Below are positions 16,063-24,339 of a stretch of DNA of 32,000 nucleotides, in pieces (the first letter of the stretch is position 1; every line of letters starts with the position of its first letter). Origin of the DNA: Candidatus Brocadiaceae bacterium (GTDB lineage: Bacteria; Planctomycetota; Brocadiia; Brocadiales; Brocadiaceae); NCBI GenBank assembly GCA_031316145.1, contig JALDQZ010000004.1, forward strand, positions 233,958 through 265,957. Reading direction: 5' to 3'. The notes beneath the pieces were generated by a model, which did no database searches, had not been told where the DNA came from, and was given only the letters and a program-made list of their open reading frames with translations. A program made the translations under genes and the position numbers.

Positions 16063-16465
16063 TTTTCCGATTATTCGTTAAACATATAGGACATAGACAA
16101 AGTACCATACGGTGAGCGAGCTTGTCAACTTCAGCCTTTCTTACGGCAGGGCTTTTTTACACAGAAAAACTATATAATAATTCCTTTAAAATATTTTGTT
16201 TGAGTTTGTATCATACACAATCTAATATATTCCCTGTGAGATTTTTGTTGATGTTCTGAACATTTTATTACCCAAACATGGTCTCTTTTTCGATGAAAGC
16301 AACGATAATTACAGGGAAATTTTCATACGTTATCCGTACAGACAAGACGGGAGGGAGATTTCCCTTGCGAAAACAACTGTTCAGTTTGTAACAAAAATCT
16401 CATCCATTCTTATTCACTGTTACTGCAAATCCCTGTAAAATCCTGCTATTGAAAGATAGTATTCG

Positions 16466-18880
16466 ATGATATTTGTTATCCTTTTTATAATTATTTCAAC
16501 AATAACAGGATTTTTACTTACGTATTTTCTTGCATCTTCGTACTCATTGTTTGAAAGGATTGCCTATGGTTTAGTTATTGGTCTGGGTCTTCATACCTGG
16601 GTTGTTTACCTTTTTTCATTTCTTTGGGGACTCACGTTCATAAGCATATTCATTACCATTGCTGTATCACTTGTGTTTTGTTCACTATTTACAACCGTAC
16701 AATGGAGTAGCTTTAAACGTGATGTCCTTTTTGAACTGAGACGCACAAAAAATGATTTCCTTTTAAACAAAAAATCCTGCTTTGTCCACATTGCAGTCTT
16801 TTCCTTCTTTACTACGATCTTTTACCGTCTGTTTTACAGAATAATACTCTGGAAAAATGATGGAATGTACATCGGACTGCCAAATAATTACGGTGATTTA
16901 CCCCTTCATTTGGGTTATATCACATCCTTTGTGTGGGGAAATAACATTCCCGCGCAAGATCCTTCGTTCGCAGGCGAAAAACTGAAGTATCCCATCCTCT
17001 CCGATTTTTTGTCCGCCGTATTTCTTACCATGGGCGCTGACTTCAAGCAAATACTCTTCATCCCGGGACTCTTGTTAAGCATTGGTTTTTGCTGTGTTCT
17101 CTATTACTTTACGTATCGTCTGACAAAAAGAAGGCTTGCGGCAATTGTTTCATTGTTTTTATTCTTTTTTTCCGGCGGGTTTGGCTTTTACTATATCATT
17201 CAGGACTTTACAAATTACTCACATGGTTTTTGGTCGTTCCTTACCCATTTACCACGAGACTATACAAAAATCACATCCTTTAATTACCACTGGATTACAC
17301 CATTAACATGCCTTACTATACCCCAGAGATCATTTCTTTTTGGATTTCCTTTTACGATTTTAATCTTTTCTTTGTTATACACAGGTATTGAAGAAAAAAA
17401 CCGGAGAGAATTTCTCTTTGCCGGTATCCTTGCCGGTGCGCTTCCTTTCCTTCATACCCATAGCTTCCTTGCCATGTTAATGGTTACCATACCCCTGGGC
17501 TTCATATTTTGGAACTGGAGGAATTGGCTTGCATTCTTTCTCCCCGCTTTTGTCCTCTCGTTTCCTCAGGTATATTGTCTTTCAAGCAACGTTCGTGGTG
17601 GAAGTTTTTTTGCATTACACACGGGATGGATGGCGGGAAAAGAAAATTTTTTTTGGTTTTGGTTAAAAAATACCGGTCTTTTCTGGTTCGCGGTCTTCGG
17701 TGGATTTGCAATTGTTTTTACCGCAAACAAAAAATTAACCAACCGGGTCCTGATGCGTACGGGACTATTCTCACTACCATTTTTATTCCTTTTTCTCTTA
17801 CCGAATTTTCTCCTTTTTGCTCCATGGGCATGGGATAATATAAAGATTTTCATTTATTGGTTTCTCGGTACCAGCCCGCTTGCGTCTCTCGCTCTAATTC
17901 GCCTATATGAGTACAAACGCCTTACAATTATCTCGAAAACATCCTTTTGTATTCTCATGCTTTCTTTAACCGCTGCGGGAGGAGTTGATATTTTCAAATA
18001 TGCCATTGTCCCTGTTAACGGATGGAAAGAATTTAGCCGTGAAGAAATAATGCTTGCAAAACGTATTTCAGAAGAAACCCCTGTAAACGCGATTTTTCTC
18101 AATGCTCCCATATTCAATCACCCTGTGTTTCTCTCCGGAAGGATATCATTGATGGGCTACATGGGCCACATATGGAGCCACGGCTACAAGGATGGTTCCG
18201 GTCGCGAGCAAGATATCAAAAAAATGCTCCGTGGTTCACCCGAAGCGCTATCGCTTATTAACACATATAAACCTCACTATGCGATCCTAGGTCCGCATGA
18301 AAAACGCGTCGGGGCAAAAAGAATATTTTTCGACAAAAATTTTACGTGTGTTATTACTACAAAAAAATATAGAATTTACGATCTTACTAAAAAGAACCAA
18401 TTTAGCACGCAAAAAAACGAAGGGTTTTCCGATAAGACTGAGCACCATTCTTTAAACCAAAATAATGGACTTCTCGTTTGTTATTATGATACGATATCTT
18501 GGGAAGGTGATCCCATATTTGAAGAAATTAACCCGTCTATTACTATTAATTATTCTGATGAAGATGAAAAACCGATCAATAGCCCTTTTAGTGTAATCTG
18601 GAAGGGATATATAGATGTTGATGTTTCCGGCAAGTATACATTCAGGCTGACCTCCGACGATGGCTCCTGGCTTTACATTGATAATACCATGGTGATAAAT
18701 AACGGCGGACATCATAGCAGGAAAACTCTCGAAGGAACCATAACCCTGAACAAGGGCAAACACACAATTATGGTTAAATATTTTGATGCCGGGGGAGGCG
18801 CCATTCTCAGTCTCTTATGGAAACCACCAAATGCCTCAGAATCAGAGATTCCTGCGCATGTTTTGTCTCCATCTCAATAA
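16466..18880 (+). CDS. Polytopic membrane protein (GT-C-like glycosyltransferase suspected) with C-terminal PA14 domain
   Basis: 804 aa. The first ~510 aa are a run of hydrophobic helices (judged by eye), with a loop motif NNYGDLPLHLGY. A soluble region follows, and the last ~137 aa are PA14-like. The GT-C assignment rests on architecture and on paralogy of the C-terminal module with the next gene. Confidence 0.65.
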   Translation: MIFVILFIIISTITGFLLTYFLASSYSLFERIAYGLVIGLGLHTWVVYLFSFLWGLTFISIFITIAVSLVFCSLFTTVQWSSFKRDVLFELRRTKNDFLLNKKSCFVHIAVFSFFTTIFYRLFYRIILWKNDGMYIGLPNNYGDLPLHLGYITSFVWGNNIPAQDPSFAGEKLKYPILSDFLSAVFLTMGADFKQILFIPGLLLSIGFCCVLYYFTYRLTKRRLAAIVSLFLFFFSGGFGFYYIIQDFTNYSHGFWSFLTHLPRDYTKITSFNYHWITPLTCLTIPQRSFLFGFPFTILIFSLLYTGIEEKNRREFLFAGILAGALPFLHTHSFLAMLMVTIPLGFIFWNWRNWLAFFLPAFVLSFPQVYCLSSNVRGGSFFALHTGWMAGKENFFWFWLKNTGLFWFAVFGGFAIVFTANKKLTNRVLMRTGLFSLPFLFLFLLPNFLLFAPWAWDNIKIFIYWFLGTSPLASLALIRLYEYKRLTIISKTSFCILMLSLTAAGGVDIFKYAIVPVNGWKEFSREEIMLAKRISEETPVNAIFLNAPIFNHPVFLSGRISLMGYMGHIWSHGYKDGSGREQDIKKMLRGSPEALSLINTYKPHYAILGPHEKRVGAKRIFFDKNFTCVITTKKYRIYDLTKKNQFSTQKNEGFSDKTEHHSLNQNNGLLVCYYDTISWEGDPIFEEINPSITINYSDEDEKPINSPFSVIWKGYIDVDVSGKYTFRLTSDDGSWLYIDNTMVINNGGHHSRKTLEGTITLNKGKHTIMVKYFDAGGGAILSLLWKPPNASESEIPAHVLSPSQ
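18467..18877 (+). other. PA14 domain-coding segment of the 16466..18880 gene
   Basis: GLLVCYYDTISWEGDPIF...PFSVIWKGYIDVDVSGKYTFRLTSDDGSWLYIDNTMVINNGGHHS...GKHTIMVKYFDAGGGAILSLLWKPP. This is the classic PA14 pattern: W-G-Y, tandem-Asp DDG segment, Y-I-D-N, and G-G-x-x-x-L-x-W. Confidence 0.8.
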
Positions 18881-18897
18881 ATTTATAAAGAAATTCT

Positions 18898-19010
18898 GTA
18901 ACTATTCAGCGTAATATATCAAACTACCAGAATACGCATTCGGGTAAGAAACCAGACAGAACCCTGTCAGGGTTAAAACACAGACTGAAATGTTTGCGCT
19001 GAATAGTTAC
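18898..19010. mobile_element. 113-bp MITE-like non-autonomous element (14-bp perfect TIRs, 8-bp target-site duplication GAAATTCT)
   Basis: GTAACTATTCAGCG (18898-18911) is the exact reverse complement of CGCTGAATAGTTAC (18997-19010). GAAATTCT directly flanks both ends (18890-18897 and 19011-19018). The element has no coding capacity. Its interior carries the AACCCTGTCAGGGTT palindrome (18960-18974). Confidence 0.75.
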
Positions 19011-19092
19011 GAAATTCTTTTATTTCATTACTCCTTAAAATACGTATGACTACATTGAAGCCATTTTAAAAAAAGGAACCGGACCTTAATTC

Positions 19093-21087
19093 ATGGAAAA
19101 GTATAAAAAACAAAATATTTATGTATGTATCTCTTTTTTTGTGCCCGTATTCATTGCTTCTTTCATTCGCTTCTGGGATCTGGACCTCAGGCCTTTTCAT
19201 GCCGATGAAGGCGTAAACAGCAATTTTTTATTAAATTTATATAATAAAAACTACTATCACTATAACCCTGCTAATTACCACGGACCATTCCTTTATTATA
19301 TTGGATTAATTCCTTTCTATATTTTTGGAATTTCAGACTTCTCTTTTCGGCTTATGCCGGTTCTGTTTGGCATTATGAATGTTGCCCTATTGTATCCTTT
19401 AAGGAGAAGACTGGGGAATATGGGCATTTTGACGGCGGGATTGCTTGTTGCCCTGTCTCCTGCGATTTCTTTTTTTTCAAGAGACACCATCCATGAAACA
19501 TATTTGATCTTTTTTTCACTATCGGTAATTGTTTCATTCTTTCTTTATTCGGAGACAAGGAAATCACTATATATCTATTTCGCGGTTTCGAGTCTTGCCT
19601 TCATCATCACGATAAAAGAAACGTATATAATTACTTTTGCTGTTTTTATACTATCGTTAGCGCTTGCATATTGTTATGAAATTGCATTCCTTTCAACAAA
19701 AGGAACCAGAGTCTTTGCGATAAAAAACATACTCACCGCATTTGTCACAAACTGCAAGCAGCATACATACACTATAGGAATAAGTATCGGCATTTTTCTC
19801 CTGATCAATTTTTTATTGTTTTCCTCTTTTTTTACATATTTTGAAGGTATTACCGGTATATTAACTACCTTGAAAATCTGGACAAAGACAGGCACTCATT
19901 CCGGCGGGCATGCCAAACCATTCATTTACTATTTTACCTTACTGCGTAAATTTGAACTCCCCATACTGGTTATGGGTATTATGGGGTTTTATTATGCCTT
20001 CCGGCAGGGAAATAAATTTACCACATTCTTATCTTTTTGGACTATTTTCATATACGTTATCTACTCCTTCATTCCATATAAAACACCCTGGTTAATTGTA
20101 AACATTCTTCTGCCATTGTCTATCATGGGAGGTATTTTTATTCATGGCGTTTTCAAAACAATCAGGAAAAAATGGCATTATGTGACCTTTTATTCACTCT
20201 ATGTATGCATTTTTGGGTTTTTTGCGTATCAGTCCATTCTATTGAATTTTGTCAATTATGATGACGAACGCTACGAATTGGTATATGTTCAAACCAAAAG
20301 AGATATCTACAACCTCATAGACAGAGTGGAATCCCTTGCCAAAGCATATGGAAACGATTTGACTATTAACATTGCCTCAAAATCATACTGGCCGCTACCC
20401 TGGTATTTCAGGAACTATAAAAATGCCCAGTTTTGGGGTCGTACTATCAGCAATCCAAATGCACCAATTATTCTTGTAGACAAGAATAATGAAGCAGAAT
20501 TAAACAAACGATTAAAAAGCGAATACGTAAAAGAGCGTTTTGTTTTGCGCCCCGGTGTTTGGATCACCGCATATTTCCAGGAGGGCCTTTACGAGGCAGT
20601 ATTTGGAAAAAAATCCACAAAAAAGGAGGAGGACCTACCGATTATTATATCGGAAAGAGAACTGACTCAAGGATTAAGTGTAAGGCGTTTTTATAATATC
20701 GATTGTATCGGAACGCCTTTCTCTTCAGGAATAGAAAAAGAGTCTATTTCATTTTCCTATAATGACGAAACAAAGAAACCGTATAGATCACCTTTCGCCA
20801 TCGAGTGGGAGGGTTATCTTTCCGTTCCAAGAAAGGGTCTATACCAGTTTGCGACAAGGTCTGACGACGGTTCTGAAGTTTATATTGATAATAAACTGGT
20901 TGTTGATAATGGCGGGCCTCACGCATTACGCTATATTTCAGGGATTGTACCACTGGACGCGGGTTTTCATGCGCTCAGAATAAAATACTTCGATATAGGA
21001 GGCGGTGCTGTTATGGAATTTTTATGGAAACCACCTGAGGAAAACGAAACGCGGGTGCCACATACAGTACTCTTTCACAGGAAATGA
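19093..21087 (+). CDS. GT-C-fold glycosyltransferase-like membrane protein (PMT/ArnT-like, TIGR03663-like) with C-terminal PA14 domain
   Basis: 664 aa. The N-terminus reads RFWDLDLRPFHADEGVNSNFL...YNPANYHGPFLYY, an acidic first-loop DE motif typical of GT-C enzymes. Many TM helices follow. The soluble C-terminal part contains YWPLPWYFRNY, and the last ~138 aa form a PA14 domain. Confidence 0.7.
   Translation: MEKYKKQNIYVCISFFVPVFIASFIRFWDLDLRPFHADEGVNSNFLLNLYNKNYYHYNPANYHGPFLYYIGLIPFYIFGISDFSFRLMPVLFGIMNVALLYPLRRRLGNMGILTAGLLVALSPAISFFSRDTIHETYLIFFSLSVIVSFFLYSETRKSLYIYFAVSSLAFIITIKETYIITFAVFILSLALAYCYEIAFLSTKGTRVFAIKNILTAFVTNCKQHTYTIGISIGIFLLINFLLFSSFFTYFEGITGILTTLKIWTKTGTHSGGHAKPFIYYFTLLRKFELPILVMGIMGFYYAFRQGNKFTTFLSFWTIFIYVIYSFIPYKTPWLIVNILLPLSIMGGIFIHGVFKTIRKKWHYVTFYSLYVCIFGFFAYQSILLNFVNYDDERYELVYVQTKRDIYNLIDRVESLAKAYGNDLTINIASKSYWPLPWYFRNYKNAQFWGRTISNPNAPIILVDKNNEAELNKRLKSEYVKERFVLRPGVWITAYFQEGLYEAVFGKKSTKKEEDLPIIISERELTQGLSVRRFYNIDCIGTPFSSGIEKESISFSYNDETKKPYRSPFAIEWEGYLSVPRKGLYQFATRSDDGSEVYIDNKLVVDNGGPHALRYISGIVPLDAGFHALRIKYFDIGGGAVMEFLWKPPEENETRVPHTVLFHRK
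20671..21084 (+). other. PA14 domain-coding segment of the 19093..21087 gene
   Basis: GLSVRRFYNIDCIGTPF...PFAIEWEGYLSVPRKGLYQFATRSDDGSEVYIDNKLVVDNGGPHA...GFHALRIKYFDIGGGAVMEFLWKPP. It aligns residue-for-residue with the PA14 segment at 18467-18877. Confidence 0.8.
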
Positions 21088-21134
21088 ATTACATCTGACA
21101 ACTAGATATTTCCTTATTTTCGTGTTATAAAAAT

Positions 21135-21878
21135 TTATTGATAGTGCCCCTGATAATCTTTGATCCTTATATTGACCAGGTCCTTAAACATCTGTAAAGA
21201 GTGTTTTATTGGGCTAACTGTGCTTAACGCAGAATTTTCCCAACGAATGGGCACTTCTTTGATTTTATAATGATGTTTTTGCGCAAGATACAGGGCTTCA
21301 ACGTCAAAGGAAAAACCGTGAATCCTGCATCTGTTAAATACCTTTTTCGCAACATCCTTCTTGAATCCTTTAAACCCGCATTGCGTATCTATAATCCCTT
21401 TAAACAATAGTAAATTCACCATACCGTTAAAAATTTTCCCCATTTTTTCTCTATACCAGGGTTGACGAATGATAATATCAGCCCCTTTTTTACTTCTGGA
21501 CCCGATTACTACATCATAACCATTTATAAGATACAACAGACATTTATCAATTTCTTCAATTGGAGTTGAGAGGTCCGCATCGGTAAAAAAAATATATCTT
21601 CCCTCTGCCGATAACATGCCTCTTCTGACGGAGTACCCTTTTCCCATATTCCTCCTATTCGGGAAAACAACTATGTGTTCCTTTAAACGCATATAATCAT
21701 GTATCACCTGTAATGTATTATCCGTGGAACCATCATCTATAATGATAATTTCGTAGGAAAATTGTTGTTTGTCAAGATACTCGCAAATCTTCTCCAGGGT
21801 GGGTAGGACCCTCTTTTCTTCATTATAAGCAGGTATAATTAATGAAAGATAACAGGTGGTCAATGTTTGTATACCCAT
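21135..21878 (-). CDS. GT2 polyprenyl-phosphate glycosyltransferase (dolichyl-phosphate beta-glucosyl/mannosyltransferase-like)
   Basis: 247 aa. LSLIIPAYNEEKRV, IIIDDGSTDNT, FFTDADLSTP (the DxD region) and QCGFKGF. This matches the DPM1/ALG5/ArnC/GtrB-type soluble GT2. Its ATG shares one base with the gspF stop (TAATG at 21880-21876). Confidence 0.8.
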   Translation of the reverse strand: MGIQTLTTCYLSLIIPAYNEEKRVLPTLEKICEYLDKQQFSYEIIIIDDGSTDNTLQVIHDYMRLKEHIVVFPNRRNMGKGYSVRRGMLSAEGRYIFFTDADLSTPIEEIDKCLLYLINGYDVVIGSRSKKGADIIIRQPWYREKMGKIFNGMVNLLLFKGIIDTQCGFKGFKKDVAKKVFNRCRIHGFSFDVEALYLAQKHHYKIKEVPIRWENSALSTVSPIKHSLQMFKDLVNIRIKDYQGHYQ

Positions 21879-23080
21879 TAAAATTTTAGATCGTTGACAC
21901 TGAGTATTGCGGTTAACATGGAAATTACGATTACACCAATAACAGCGCCCATCAACAATATAAGCACCGGTTCCACCATGGTAACAAGTCGTTTCATTCT
22001 CTGTTCCACATCAGCATCAAAATTATCCGCCACTTTGAGAAGCATCTGGTCAAAAGTACCTGTTTCTTCACCTACCTTCAATAAATGAACTGCAAGTTCT
22101 GGTAAATAACCCCGCTCTGCAAGTGAAACAGTAAGGCTTGCGCCTTCTTTCACATTCGCCTTAACATTTCCCAGAATATTCACCAGATGTTGATTGGATA
22201 GAACATCTTTCACAATATCCATTGATTTAAGCAAAGGCACGCCGTTTTCCAATAAAGTGCCAAGGGTTCTGGCAAACCTTGCTATTTGCATTCTCCACAA
22301 AAGATCGCCGAACAGTGGTAATTTTAATTTTTTTTGATCTATTTTAATGGCCGTTTTACGCTCTTTCATAGCTCTTTTATATAAAAAAACCGCAGCAATA
22401 AGCAGAACAATTGCCATCCAGCCATATTTTATAGAGTACTGACTTACTCCCATGAGGAGCATTGTCGAAAAGGGAAGCGCAATCCCCATGCCTTCAAAAA
22501 TTTGTGTAAATTTTGGTATAACATAAACAATGAGAGCCCCCACTGAAATAATACCCGTACTACTCAATAAAAGCGGGTAGATCATTGCAGAAATAATTTC
22601 ACCTTTTACTTTTTGCAATCTTTCCTGAAATGACCCCAACCTTTTCAATACCTGAGGCAACACACCGCCTTCTTCTCCCGCGCGTATCATATTAATATAG
22701 ATAGTAGAAAATAGTTTGGCATGGTTCTCAAGCGCTTCGGCAAAGGGCTTCCCCGATTTAATACCCTTCAGAAGATCCTCGATAACGGTTTTCAATGCAA
22801 TTTTATCATTACCGGCCACTAATATGGACAAACTTTTATCGAGAGGGATACCACCTTCAAGTAAAGTTGACAATTCCTGAGTAAAGGGTAATATAGCTTT
22901 TTTATTGGCACGATTCAGGAAAAAACCAAATTTTTTATGCTTATCTACCTGATAAATATGTAAAATAATATGACCTGATCTACGAAAATCCTTGATCAGA
23001 TCGGTTTTATTATCAGCCTCTTTTTCCCCTTCAACAATGCCGCTTGAGTTTGTCAATAATTTATATTTATAGGTATGCAT
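21878..23080 (-). CDS. gspF: Type II secretion / type IV pilus platform protein (GspF/PilC family)
   Basis: 400 aa with two T2SSF repeats (FTQELSTLLEGGIPLDKSL... and FARTLGTLLENGVPLLKSM...) and three TM segments. Confidence 0.85.
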   Translation of the reverse strand: MHTYKYKLLTNSSGIVEGEKEADNKTDLIKDFRRSGHIILHIYQVDKHKKFGFFLNRANKKAILPFTQELSTLLEGGIPLDKSLSILVAGNDKIALKTVIEDLLKGIKSGKPFAEALENHAKLFSTIYINMIRAGEEGGVLPQVLKRLGSFQERLQKVKGEIISAMIYPLLLSSTGIISVGALIVYVIPKFTQIFEGMGIALPFSTMLLMGVSQYSIKYGWMAIVLLIAAVFLYKRAMKERKTAIKIDQKKLKLPLFGDLLWRMQIARFARTLGTLLENGVPLLKSMDIVKDVLSNQHLVNILGNVKANVKEGASLTVSLAERGYLPELAVHLLKVGEETGTFDQMLLKVADNFDADVEQRMKRLVTMVEPVLILLMGAVIGVIVISMLTAILSVNDLKF

Positions 23081-23086
23081 ACACCA

Positions 23087-23728
23087 TTATTTCTTTATAT
23101 TTGAACGCATAACGACAACATGCTCTTCACCATACCAATCAAGTAAAATACGATCCTCTTCTATATTCTTTACCTTGTAGTCTGCGATCTCTTCTCCTTC
23201 CTCAATAAAGACAAAGTTTTTATTGTTATTTTTCTTGTCAGGATTAACAATTAACGCTTTTTTGGTATCACCAAAAATTACAATTCCGTGTAATGTAATC
23301 TCCATCGGTTTCCCTTTCGGTTTCTCTTTCGGTTCTAATGTTTGTTTCGATTTTGCTAGATTGTTTTCTTTTTTTTGCGACACTTCAAGTGGTGGAATTT
23401 TGCTTTCTTCAGGAGCATGCCATGTTTGGCGGCCTGGAGAAAAAGGATTGTGCGTCAGAATACCTTCATACTGATCAATCAATTTCCTGTCTTCTTCTAA
23501 AAATATTAACGACGTTTGATCTTTAGAATGCTCTCCACTATCCTTTATTGATTCAATTGTATCTGTCGGCGGATAATAAACAAACTTTACACACAAAACA
23601 GCAAGACCAACGACACAAACAAGTAAAACAAGATTTATAATGGGCAAATAGTGTTTCCAGCGTCTCAACTGTTTCCCGGCATCTCCCATGAAACGCAACA
23701 GCGCTGTTTTATTTATGGTGAATTTCAT
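23087..23728 (-). CDS. GspC/PilP-like bitopic protein of the secretion operon
   Basis: 213 aa. It has an N-terminal TM anchor (LPIINLVLLVCVVGLAVLCV), a Lys/Glu/Pro-rich linker and a C-terminal small beta domain (ITLHGIVIFGDTKKALIV...EIADYKVKNIEEDRILLDW). The beta domain resembles the secretin-interacting HR/PilP domain. Confidence 0.4.
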   Translation of the reverse strand: MKFTINKTALLRFMGDAGKQLRRWKHYLPIINLVLLVCVVGLAVLCVKFVYYPPTDTIESIKDSGEHSKDQTSLIFLEEDRKLIDQYEGILTHNPFSPGRQTWHAPEESKIPPLEVSQKKENNLAKSKQTLEPKEKPKGKPMEITLHGIVIFGDTKKALIVNPDKKNNNKNFVFIEEGEEIADYKVKNIEEDRILLDWYGEEHVVVMRSNIKK

Positions 23729-23733
23729 GTTTT

Positions 23734-24336
23734 TTATAATTTTTTTTCTATGGCGGCGATCGCAGTTAATGTAGAACTCATAGATGCTCCTTTTATTACA
23801 TTCAATCCTATGGTTTTTATTCTAAGGTTGTTGAGAAAAAGAAGTTTTTCATTATTGCATTCTATATCGTATAAGAATTTCTGCATTTTCTGTATGCTAT
23901 CCAAATCGCGTATTTCAAAATTAATTGATAAAGCAATCAGGTAAGGCGCTTTGTTAATTACCTCTTTTTTTAATGATGTACTCCTGGAAACACTCAATCC
24001 ATTCTTCTTTGCCAAAGTATTGACTATTTCCTGCAACTTCGCGGAAGCAAGCTCTTCTGTTTCTTCAAACAAAAATTTATCTTGCAATTGCGCATAATAG
24101 TGTTCCAGGTCTTTCACTCGTTCCTCATAGTGTTTTTTCTGTGCGACAAAAGCGTGGTATTTCCCCAACAGCTTTTTTTGTGTATCTAGCAGCTCTCTCG
24201 TCTCGTTAATTGACTTAAAAAACGGACTTATTGCAAACCTGTCAACGCCAAAATAAAGTACGACAACGGATGCGGTAACTATTAATATTTTTTCTCGTAG
24301 GTTATATTTTCCAAATATCTCAAAAAGTCTTTCCAT
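23734..24336 (-). CDS. GspM/PilO-like inner-membrane assembly protein
   Basis: 200 aa. It has a short cytoplasmic N-terminus, one TM (ILIVTASVVVLYFGV), a coiled coil and a C-terminal alpha/beta domain. Its position after the GspL-like gene supports the call. Confidence 0.5.
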   Translation of the reverse strand: MERLFEIFGKYNLREKILIVTASVVVLYFGVDRFAISPFFKSINETRELLDTQKKLLGKYHAFVAQKKHYEERVKDLEHYYAQLQDKFLFEETEELASAKLQEIVNTLAKKNGLSVSRSTSLKKEVINKAPYLIALSINFEIRDLDSIQKMQKFLYDIECNNEKLLFLNNLRIKTIGLNVIKGASMSSTLTAIAAIEKKL

Positions 24337-24339
24337 GCT

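Noticed and set aside
16063-16465. Looked for a c-di-GMP riboswitch next to the HD-GYP gene and upstream of the PA14 gene
   Set aside because: I saw no GEMM-like conserved segments, although this cannot be excluded without a covariance-model scan.
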